A stretch of 64,000 nucleotides of DNA, taken from assembly GCA_951406725.2 (NCBI GenBank), contig OX597829.1, positions 18,600,001 to 18,664,000 on the forward strand. The letters are read 5' to 3'. Position 1 is the first letter of the stretch. Each line of letters opens with the position of its first letter. Shown here piece by piece: positions 1 through 64,000 of the stretch. The stretch is from Octopus vulgaris (lineage: Eukaryota). The notes beneath the pieces are model-generated. The model was given only the letters and a program-made list of their open reading frames with translations, was not told the origin of the DNA and searched no databases. Made by a program: the position numbers and the translations under genes.

Positions 1-664
1 ACAGGATACAGCCAATAACAAAGATAAACAAAGGTTTATCAGGAATCAAATTTAAATTAAGCAGAAAATGGAGGAATCTTGATTAACAACAATTGACTAC
101 CATCGATTTTTATTTTTTAATACAAAACTTTATCCCATCTAATAGCCGTTTCTGCTTCCAATGTCCTACAGTGTTGCCAATGAAAATTCTGAGAAAAATA
201 TTCGTCATATTTTGTAACACATCCAATCTGGAACATGGAGCTTCATCAGAGTGAAAAAAAAATGCAGAAAATAAAAGAGGAAGAGTCTCAAGAAGAGGAA
301 TATACTTTTCTACTCTAGTCACAAGGCTCGACATTTTTGGCCAGTCGATTAGATAAACCCCAGTATGCAACTGGTACTTAATTTATCAACCCCAAAAGGA
401 TGAAAGGCAAAGTCGACCTCAGCAGAATTTGAACACAGAAGACAGACGAAATACTGCTAAGCATTTCGCCCAGCATGCTAACTGTAAAAACAGATGAAAT
501 ACCACTAAGTATTTCGCCCGGCTGTGTGGTAAGAAGTTTGCTTCTCAACCACATGATTCAGGTTTCAAGTCCCACTCTATGGTACCTTTTCTACTCTAGC
601 CCATGGCTAACCAAAGCCCAGTGAGTGGATTTGGTAGATACAAACTGAAAGAAGCCTGTCGCAC

Positions 665-712
<48 letters not shown>

Positions 713-1176
713 ATGTGTTTCGTCCCTTGCCACCACTTGACAACGGGTGTTGGTTTGTTTACAACTCTGTAACTTAGCAGTTTGTCAAAACAGAGACTAA
801 TAGGATATGTACCAGGCTTTAAAAAATAGGTACTGGTGTCGATTCATTCAACCCAAATTTCTTCAGAGCAGTGTCCCAGTATGGTCATACTCCAATGCCT
901 GAAACAAGTGTGTGTGTGTGTGTGTGTGTGTTGTGTGACAGACATCATTTCAGTTCCCATCAACCAAGTCCTCTCACAAGTGTTTGGTCAGCTCAGCACT
1001 ATAGTAAGATAAACCCGAAACCAATGGTTGGGCAGTGGACATCTTAACGACACATCCATGTGTGCACCTGTGGCAAGGGGAAGAAAATATTAACGCAAAG
1101 GTTTTACACAAATTTGATCTGGTTTCTCTTGCTGGTTTCCTTGACTGACATTGATAAGAAAATGAAATAAACATAC

Positions 1177-53503
<52,327 letters not shown>

Positions 53504-56500
53504 CTGTAATGAAATATAGATTTGAGTGAGAAGGTACTGTCTTCATAATAATCATTTCCTTGCTAGGATAATAAAGGGAAAAGGTGAAGTCGATTGATTG
53601 ATTGCAGGTATATTACTGTTTCTTATTTTGTCACATGCAAAGGGATTTTTGTCTAAAAACAAAGCATTACACAAGTCTAGTCAACATGGGAGTCTATATG
53701 TAGTTGTTTAACCTGCTAAAAATAACAAATATATCTTCCTCAAATCACTCTCTACAGTCTTACAATAAGAGATAATCTCTATCAGAAAAATAAGATGAGA
53801 GGATTAACAAAAACCCTCAACTGGGAGAGGGGAAGAGTATTGAGAGGATGTGGTTTTGAGCCACAAGGTATAGGGTGACTGATGGTGCTAGTACCTCATA
53901 AAAAGTAGCTAGGACACTTTATAAAGCAGCCGGCATTAGAAAGGGCATCTAACTGTAGAAACCATGCAAAAACGGACGATGGAACCTAATGTAGCTCATG
54001 GCCTTGCACGCTTTCTAAAACCATCCAATCCATGCCAGCATGGAAAACAAACACCAAATGATGATGATGATCATCATCATCATTATCACGGCTAGCATAT
54101 GTTTGATCTTACTTCCCTTTGATTAGAACTGATCCAGGACTAAACTATCACATAAGATGCTTTTCTGAAACAATTACAATACGATTTCCACTTTTATTTA
54201 ATAAAAATTAAATTTCACCACAGAGTCAATGATCAGTGGTCTCCATATTGCTATATGCGAAGGTGCATGGCTCAGTGGTTAGAGCGTCGAGCTTATGATC
54301 GTCAGGTTGTGAGTTTGATTCCTGGACCGTGCTGTGTGTTGTGTTCACATTGCTCCAGTTCACTCAGCTGTAGAAATGAGTTGCGACATCACAGGTGCCA
54401 AGCTGTATCGATCCCTTTGCCTTTCCCTTGGATAACACCAGTGGTGTGGAGATGGGGAGGCTGGTATGCATGAGCAACAGCTGGTCTTCCATAAACAGCA
54501 TTGCCAGGACTTGTGCCTCGGAGGATAACTTTCTAGGTGCAATCCCATGGTCATCATGACCCAAGGGGGTCTTTACGTTTTACCGCATGTACATATAATG
54601 GCATGGAGAGAGGAGGCTGGTATGCATTAGTGATTGCTGATCTTCCATAAACAACCTATCCTGGATTTGTGCCTTGGAGGGTAACTTTCTAAGTGCAATC
54701 CCATGGTTATTGATGACTGAAGGGGGTGACCCTCACATCACTATGCATACCAGTCCCTCAGGTGGTGTAAAGCACTTATGGTGTCACCACATAAAAGTGC
54801 TTGTGTGGCGCCACGGAAAAGTACCCATGCAGTGCCATGTAAAAGCACTTGTGCAGCATCATGCAAAAGCACCCTGTACACTCTGTAAAGTGGTTGGCAT
54901 TAGCAAGGGTATCCATCTGTAGAAACCTTGCCAAATCAGATTAGCCTGTTCTAGCTCCCTAGCTTGCCACCATGGACAACAGATGTTAAACAATAATAAT
55001 GACCTAATCAACAGTAATTAATTTCAAGCAAAGATGGCAAGCTTAAATATGATATCAAACAACATATCATTAATATGGGGCGTCGAACAGGCAGAATCGT
55101 TAGCACACCAGGTGAAATACTTAGCAGTGTTACATTCTGAGTTCAATTTCTGCCGAGGTCAACTTTGCCTTTCAGCCTTTAGGTTACGATGTAATCGACT
55201 TAATATCTTCGTCTGTCATTGTTTGTCCCCTCTATGTTTAGCCCCCTCTGGACAATAAAGAAATATATATAAACCAAGAACAGAATCTTGAAGAACAACA
55301 GACAAAAAAAATGAGAAGAATGATAGCCATTTAAAACAACTTTAGCATCAAATACAAACTTTATTCAAATTCTTGAGGCCTTTGTCATGATCAAAAATAC
55401 TGCACCCTTAAAAATTGACACCACAACCCTATAATTAAACCAGCCATGTCTGGCTCAAATATTCTAATTGTTTTTTTTAAGTTCAAACTGATCGGATCCA
55501 ACCTCTCACACCTACCTTACAATGTTATTCTAAAAATAAACAATCACATCATTGAAATCTTGAAGCTATGAGGTAATGCAAGATTAACTGAAAACAATGT
55601 GAATAAATAAGCAATATATTTCACAGAATAATGTGAATGTTAAAGGGTTAAACCAGCCAAATCCAGTCCATATATTGTTTTATGTTGAAACTGACCAGAT
55701 CCAGTCTTTCCCACCTACCCTACAATGTCATTCTAAAAATAAACAATCACATCATTGAAATCTCGAAGCTATGAGGTAATACATGATTGATCCAAAACAA
55801 TATGAATAAATAAGCATTACATTTGACAAAGAAATTTGAACACTAATGTGTTAAAAATGAGATAAGAATCCCGCCATTCCACACATGGCCACAGGAGAAC
55901 AGCTAACTGAATGATAAAATCATCCAACAGGGACTTCTATTCTCTAAACTCAACAATCCTACATTATTAACCCTTTAGCAATTAAGCTGACCGTACCTGG
56001 CCAACGTATTCATGTTTCATGTTCAAACTGGCAATATCCAGCTTATCACACCTACTCTACAATGTCATTCTAAAAATAATCGCATCATCAAAATCTCAAA
56101 GCTAGGAGATAATGATGATTAATTTAAAACAATGTGAATAAATAAGCATTATATTTCATAGACTAATCTGAATGCAAGAGTTATATACATACATATATAA
56201 AAATGTATATATAAATATCATCATCATCATCGTTTAACGTCTGTTTTCCATGCTAGCATGGGTTGGGCGGTTGAACCGGGGTCTGGAAAGCCAGGAGGCT
56301 GCACCAGGCTCCAATCTGATCTGGCAGTGTTTCTACAGCTGGATGCCCTTCCTAATGCCAACCACTCTGTGAGTGTAGTGGGTGCTTTTTATGTGCCAGA
56401 GGAGGCTGGCAGTGGCCACGATCGGTTGGTGCTTTTTACGTGCCAATGGCACGGAAGCCAGTCAAGGCGGCGCTGGTATCGGCCATGTTTGGATGGTGCA

Positions 56501-57511
56501 TTTTATGTGCCACCAGCACGGATATCATAACTACAATTTCCATTTGATGTTGATGTACTCGACTCAATAGGTCTCCTCAAGCAAACGCACCCATCCTTTG
56601 GATGGTTTAACATATAAATAATAAATCAAAAATATATTCTGTAATGCAAATATACAACTATATAGATTAAAAAAGTATGAAAAACAGTTGAAATAAATAA
56701 ATAGACAAAATTCTTTCACTTTTATAATATTCTCTAACCAAAACCCTAAAAAAATATACACCAATACACATATAAAAAATATAGAAAGTAATAATACACA
56801 ATTACAACATGAATAATAAATCAAAACATGTGGAAACCACTAAAAACATATTCTTTGATGCCAATATAGATTAAAAAAGTATAGAAGACCCTACATACAA
56901 CGAATTAGAGAAAAACCCCATGTAAACCATAATTTTTCCCAGTTTGTTCATTTATGTGGGAGCTCTGGGCCATATGTTATAGTGCATGACCATCCTTGGC
57001 ACATAAGTAATGTATACTCTTTTACTTGTTTCAGTCATGTGTCTGTGGCCATTTGTAAGCCCAGTACTTATTCTATTTTGCCGAACTGCTAAGTGATGGG
57101 GACATAAACACACCAGCATTGGTTGTCAAGCAATGCTAGGGGGACAAACACAGACATACACGCACACATATATATATATATACATATATATACGACAGGC
57201 TTCTTTCAGTTTCCGTCTACCAAATCCACTCACAAGGCTTTGGTCGGCCCGAGGCTATAGCAGAAGACACTTGCCCAAGGTGCCACGCAGTGGGACTGAA
57301 CCCGGAACCATGTGGTTGGGAAGCAAGCTTCTTACCACACAGCCACTCCTGCGCCTGTTTGTTCATTTATGTGGGAGCTCTGGGCCATATGTTATAGTGC
57401 ATGACCATCCTTGGCACATAAATAATGTATGTGTAAAGTTTAGTGAAAATTGGTTGAGAATTGTGGAAATATATACATTAGTCAATATAGTGCACCTGAG
57501 CACTGTACACA

Positions 57512-57555
<44 letters not shown>

Positions 57556-59656
57556 CACACACAAACTGTGATTTATATATACTATGTGTTTGTGTAAGTG
57601 TATGTGTGTACATGTGTATACAGAATTACATGTATGTGATAGATAAGCATTATATTTGATAGACTAATCTGATAGTCTGCATCAACCAGACTATCAGGTT
57701 TTGTTGCACACCACTAGTGCCAATGCGCTTCTTCACGTTGTTGTGACTTTTGAATGATGCCTGTGTAGTAAGAAATTTGCTTTTCAACTACGTGATTCTG
57801 GGTTCAGTCCCACAGTGTGGTACGCTTGGTCAAGTATCTTGTACTATAGCCCCAGGTTGACAAAACCCTTATAAATGAATTTGTTAGACTGAAACTGAAA
57901 GAAACCCAGGTGTTTGTGGGTGCGTGTTGTCTCTGTTCCTTTGCCACTACTGGATGCAGCTTAATGTTATATCCAAGACATACATACAAAGAACAGAACT
58001 TGCATTCTCCAGATACAACTGATCTGTTTAGCAGAGAGAAATTGTAAAACATTTCAGGTATTCTCCACTTGAGTGTCCCGGGTATGTATGTGCACACAAC
58101 CACACATACAAATGGAAAGCATAGACACACACACACAAACAGTAATGAAAATGCACACGTTTTCAATTGTAACATGCACACCCATGACAGCAAATTTATT
58201 CTACATACAAACAGGCTTGTCCTTTGCAGATGCCAGTACCACGTAAAAAGCACCCAGCATACTCTGTAAAAACCATGCCAAAACAGCTCCCCGGCTGGCC
58301 AGCGCTATGTCAAACCGTAGCATGGAAAACAGTCGCTAATCGATGATCATAATGTTATACATTTATATTCATGCATCAACCAATTCAGAGAACCACAGAT
58401 CCCTAAATGTTCTCTTGACCTAAACAAATGAGCCTTCCTACTTTTGTAGAGACCGGTTCGAATTCTTAAAAATCCCAAAGCGAAAAAGCTGACGCACACG
58501 CACACATTTAGCCATCAACGTTGCATCTGGTGTTTGTTTTTCCCCCAAATCAGTCCTCATCCGACAAACTTATGGTGAAAGGTATTCCTGCTGTGATCAT
58601 TTCATATTTTTATTGGGATATACTTCATCTAAAACTACATTATCCGATATGGTTTATTTATTTTATTTTAAGACGGTAACCCTGCTTTTGTGTACAATAA
58701 TCGAAACATCGCCTCCGTTTGAGCCAATGGCCCTCAACTGTTTTAATATCATAGCCAGATCCAAAACCTGGATTTCTTTTAGGGCCGTACCCAAACATTG
58801 TAAAAGACAATTAGAGAAGAATTTATTATATTCTTCTTCAATAGAAGACTATAATAGATTTATAGAAGCTAAACCGTCAAGGGCCGCGGGTAGGATGCTT
58901 GAGGGCTGCGGTTAAGAACTGCTAGTTCGCGATATATACTTTTCATAAAAGTATCCGCCAATTACAAAAAATTTTTTTTCTTCCTTTTAGGTTAGTGAAT
59001 AACGGAAGTTTGTGTAAAACTTCTGCACGCTACATAATTGCAACAGTAATACTTCCATAGGGCTTCTGTTATCACCAATCGCAAAGCTGATGCAATATGA
59101 ACATGTGTTGATGTTACGGCACTACTTAGCCACATACGAGTGCTGAATGAACAGACCTAAAGTCAAAAACGCTCCAACCGTGACCATCTTTGTGACTGAC
59201 TACAATATCTAATGCATCCTTTCTTTTTATTATTATTTTAAGACCGTATAGAATGGTTGTTTAATGAAGATGTGGATATCAATTTCTAATACCTCAAGTG
59301 CTTTGTAGTGGCTGCTTTATCGCTTAGTAAATCTTCGTCGGTAAAAAAGAACATGCGTTTCAATTAGTGTGAACGTGTCTGTCCGAACAAGAGCACGAGC
59401 GTGCATTTGGGTGTTTTTGTTTTAATAAAAAAAATGTAATACAAAGACAAATAGACTAAATATCTAACGAAAGAAGCGGTTATTACTCAAATTAATAAAT
59501 TTACAAAGTTTGAAAATTAAAATATCTAGGATAAAAATAACAGCAAACTAGAACTTTTGCTCCCATGTGCGAAAGAAAGAAATATTAATATCAGCAGCTA
59601 ATTCAAAAGTAAAGTTGAAAAATTCCCATAGAGAAGACAGAAAAAAAGAAACGTAC

Positions 59657-59720
59657 AGCTGAGTCGAGGATCGTGGACCACGCATAAGAGATAGGAAGAC
59701 CGGTTAGAATCTAAGGGGAA
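59657..59720 (-). promoter_or_regulatory. Candidate LARS1 5' (UTR) exon and core promoter
   Basis: The first coding exon starts at a splice acceptor, so an upstream exon is needed. This unique CpG-containing patch has a pyrimidine tract (TCTTCCTATCTCTT) and ends in a donor-like CT|gtacgt followed by a T-tract. Confidence 0.45.
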
Positions 59721-59854
59721 GTAATTGATTAAAGTCCTTCATGTATTTAATTCCGGCTAGGATATTTTTTTTATTTTTTTTAATCTTTAATCTTTTACTT
59801 GTTTCAGTCATTGGACATTAGCCATGCTGGAGCACTGCCTTGAAAAGTCTAGTC

Positions 59855-60088
59855 AAGGGATGGGCAACTTTTCGTCAACTATGGTGGGGGGGGGGGTCCA
59901 CACTGTACTCTTTCCAAGTGGGAGGGCCGCATAGTAAAAAAAAATATGCATGAAATATTACTTTAAACATTTTACACTGAATTTTTTGCAGTTCTTAATT
60001 TTATTTGTTATTGTATGAAATTAATAACCTAGAAACTTGTCGAGTTCTGCACAACAACATGTCGAGGGCCGCATTTTGCCCATGCATG
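59855..60088. mobile_element. hAT MITE
   Basis: TIR ..GGGATGGGCAA / TTGCCCATGCATG; perfect 8-bp TSD GTCTAGTC. Confidence 0.7.
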
Positions 60089-61948
60089 GTCTAGTCCGAT
60101 AAAATGTTCTTGGCACTCATTTTATCAACTCTTTTTGCACTGGTTTCTCAACCAGTGGTTGGGGTAGAACAGACACAAAACCACACATATACATACATAT
60201 GTGTGTGTGTGTATGTGTTTCAGGAAGTTTAAAGTTATGGCTGAATTGCCTATACTGCTAAATGCTTTATAGGTGTGATTCCAATTTGCAATGTATGACC
60301 AGCCATTACTTTTAACTTCCTAAAAATTTATTACTACTCTAATGTTTTACGGTGTGTTTTTTTCATATATATTAAATACTGACGACATAAAACACACACA
60401 CACATATTTGTATGTATGTATGTATGTATGTATGTATGTATGCATGCTTGTATGTATATATGTATGCATGTTTGTATGTGTGTATGTTTGTTTGTATGTA
60501 TGTACATATATATGTATGTATGCATGCATGCACGTATATATGTATGTATGCATGCATGCACGTATATATGTATGTGTGTATGTATGTATGTATGTATAAC
60601 AAAGCAGGAGGTTGGAAAAGTTTTGACGTTATTTATTCACCATTACACGTGTTTCATTTGTGAATAGGAGTTACAGAGGTGTACATGTAATAGAAAACAG
60701 GTCACATACCTCGTATTAGAAATCCTAGCAAATGAAACATGTAATGGTGGATAAATAATGCCAAAACTTTTCCCAGTATTTTTCAAATCTGTCACTCAAA
60801 TATAACAACCACATACAATTTTGGAAAACTGGAATAAGCAGATATTCTTCAAGAGAACACAGCCTGGATTCTAACCCTATCTACATACAGTATAGATACA
60901 CAATGGGCTTTCACACAGTTTCTATCTACCAAATTCATTCACAAAGCATTGATCAGCTCAGTGCTATAGTAGAAGACACTTACCCAAGGTGACATGCAGT
61001 GGAAGTGAACCCAAAATTATGTGGTTGAAAAATGAGCTTCTAAACTATACAGCTATGACATTTTTTGGTTTTTCTGTGTGTGAATATGTTAATGCAGAAC
61101 CATTTTTATATTTTGGCTGTGTGGTAAGAAGCTCGCTTACCAACCACATGGTTCCAGGTTCAATTCCACTGTGAGGCACCTTGAGCAAGTGTCTTCTACT
61201 ATAACTTCAGGCTGACCAAAGCCTTATAAGTGGATTTGGTAGAAGGAAACTGAAAGAAGCCCCTCGTATATATAAATATATGTGTGTGTGTGTGAGTCAC
61301 TTGACATCGAATGTTGGAGCATTTACGTCCCTGTAACTTAGCAGTTCAGCAAAAGAATAAGTACTAAGCTTTCAAAGAATAAGTCCTGGGGTCGATTTGT
61401 TTGACTAAAGGCAGTACTCCAGCATGGCCACAGTCAAATGACTGAAACAAGTAAAAGAGTATATGTTAGGGTGGTGAAAAGTATTGTCTCCTTTATTCAC
61501 CATCACTGCCTAACTTATATCTTTTAGGAAGTAGTGTTGAATACTTCATGAGATATTTCCACCAATTCAATACAAAGCATACTGGAAATAGTAACTGAAA
61601 GCATTTGTGCCACTGTAAGCAATGATATTTGCCCATAATGAAACAAGTTTTGTTTCAGCCATTGGATTGTGGCCTTGCTTGGGCACCACCTTGATGTGTT
61701 TAGTCAAACAAATTAATCCCAATACATATGATTTATTTATTTATGCTATAAGTCTGTTATTTATTCTGTCGGTCTCTTTTTCTGAACCGCTAAGTTATGA
61801 GAATGTAAACAAACCAACACCAGTCGTCAAGTGGCAGGCCTTGGTAGAAGACAGTCGACCAAAGTACCATGCAGTGAGACTGAAAAATGAAACAATGTAA
61901 TTGCAAGGTGAGTTTCATAACAACACTGCCATGCCTGCACCTTAAAAT

Positions 61949-62108
61949 GAGAAATTACGTTCTACCAAAGTTTGTAAATGAGAAACTAGATTCTACTGAA
62001 GTCTGTAGAGGAAAAACTAGATTCTACCAAAATTTGTAGATGAGAAGCTAGATTCTACAAAAGTTTGTAGAAGAAAAATTTGATTCTATCAAGTGTGTAG
62101 ATTCTACA
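61949..62108 (+). repeat. Degenerate 31-bp tandem repeat (~5 units), each with a TCTAC..GTAGA hairpin
   Basis: Units start at ~61949, 61980, 62011, 62042 and 62073. Confidence 0.85.
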
Positions 62109-64000
62109 GAAAAAACCCCAGTTATTTTAGAAGAGGTAAGGAACTTGAGCATTATATCAACATATTCATAACTTCTGAATGCTTTGTTCAAATGACCTCA
62201 GTGAGCAGATATCTAATGAAGCTCTTAGTGTGGTGAATAGGATGGGTGAAGTAAAAATTACCAGCCTTAAGACTTTCCATAAATGACCATCACTGAATAC
62301 CATATCAGGACAATTACCCCTCCATAGGACAATTCCCCCCCGATGTCAACTACCCTCTAGGACAATTAACCCCATTGGTTAATTACCCACTCTCTAATAT
62401 ATTAAGAAGTTTTAAATCATTATCTGTTGTCCTTGGGGAGGGGGGAAAATGTTCTATACTCCTGAATACAGCCTGGCATTCTCATGCTGTACATTGACTC
62501 CTTTTCTGAAGATAAGAAATACTGTTTTTTCTTTGTTTGTTTGTTTGCTTGTTCTTTTTTTTTATCTTTGTGCTAAGCATAATTAACACATACTAGTTGT
62601 TGGCAATGAAGCATTCTTGTATGGCTTTGGTATTGTTTTCCCTTGTTCCAATGCCTGTGAACATTACTTAGATATGAGACATTTTGGTGCCGCCAATTTG
62701 GCGTTACTGGCTTATTCAACATTAGGTATTTTACTGTTTCTCATATTATCTCCCTCTCTCTCTCTGTTTATGGGAAAGATTTTTTTGTTAATTGTGTTCA
62801 GTTGATAAATTACAATGTTCCTCTTTCCCTCTCTATCTTTCATCCTCTCTCTCCCTATTTATAGGTGAGCTTATTTCTCTTTACGAATCTGAGGAGAGGG
62901 AAAATTTGTCAGTCATGTTCGATTAAAAGATTGTAATGTTTCTTCTCCTTTCCTTTTCTGCTTCTCTTTCTCTCTCCCTTCCTTCCTCTATCTTAGACAT
63001 CATTTACTTGTTTCAGTCATTTGACTGTGGCCATGCTGGAGCACCGCCTTTAGTTGAGCAAATCGACCCCAGGACTTATTCTTTGTAAGCCTAGTACTTA
63101 TTCTAATGGTCTCTTTTGTCGAACCGCTAAGTTACGGGAACGTAAACACACCAGCATCGGTTGTCAAGCGATGTTGGGGGGACGAACACAGACACACACA
63201 TACATACATTATATACGACGGGCTTCTTTCAGTTTCCGTCTACCAAATCCATTCACAAGGCTTTGGTCGGCTCGAGGTTATCGTAGAAGACACTTGCCCA
63301 AGGTGTCATGCAGCAGGATTGAACCCGGAACCATGTGGTTCGTAAGCAAGCTACTCTTACGCCTATCTTAGACATCATTTTATGAAAACTTGAAAATTAG
63401 ACATTAGTGTGTGGCAAAATCGACTTGGAATCCAACAGAGAAAAGAATATTGATTGTTAAAGACCAAAAAATTATCCAGATATTTTATTAGCAACCTCAG
63501 TTACAATCGAGTCAAAGTAGAGGAAATATTTCTTGAAAAAAAAAAAGTTTCTATCACTTGACTGTTTTGGACTCCCTTAATTTCAATAGTAACAACTCTG
63601 CTGACCAATTTTTACTCCTATAGGTGATGCAACAGTACAAAATGGTGATGCAATACTTGTAATTATTTTTCGAAGAAGCTAAGGAGAAAATAACAAGAAA
63701 TTAGAAATTACTAATTTTTACCCCGGTTACTGATTTTGTTCCCCACCCCTACTATGTTAGAATGTAGCGTATATGAAGCCCAAATGCCTTTGGAAAAAAG
63801 AGCCATTTCTTCTGCTAATCGCCAAACAAATTAAAACCGCTTAGTTATTTCGCAATGATTCGGTATTGGTATATGACTCAGTCACGAGTGCGTTTGACCG
63901 TTCACCTTTGTCGAACAGATGAAACACAATGTCAAACACTCACTCATGACGTCATAGACTTTTATCGAAATATTGGCGATCTTTCGTCTCTAGTAGACCT

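Noticed and set aside
61949-62108. CRISPR array (units resemble the Cas12a repeat stem TTCTAC..GTAGAT)
   Set aside because: Units are contiguous with no unique spacers, there are no cas genes, and the context is a spliced animal gene.

Overview
AT-rich, repeat-dense eukaryotic (animal) DNA; the SINE and microsatellite style suggests an octopod cephalopod (inference). The window holds the 5' ~60% of the cytosolic leucyl-tRNA synthetase gene (LARS1) on the minus strand. I traced 20 coding exons (53503 to 1177, 2200 nt, 733 codons), all GT-AG with compatible phases, including the HLGH and KMSKS motifs and the CP1 editing domain. A candidate 5' exon/promoter lies near 59.7 kb, and the gene continues left of the window. 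The introns contain tRNA-derived SINEs, RTE-type 3' tails, non-autonomous Helitrons, piggyBac/hAT/Tc1-mariner MITEs, a Penelope-like GIY-YIG remnant and one near-intact CR1/L2-type LINE. The most interesting signals are: (i) at least 8 minimal type I hammerhead-ribozyme motifs from several families, one of them a tRNA-headed, hammerhead-tailed SINE with a target-site duplication; (ii) a LINE ORF2 with no start codon that opens at an in-frame U_UUU_UUA slippery heptamer in ORF1, a candidate -1 frameshift; (iii) several long intronic inverted repeats close to exons; (iv) ATF4-type CARE motifs and a possible overlapping uORF at the LARS1 5' end. All calls were read by eye; no database searches were run.
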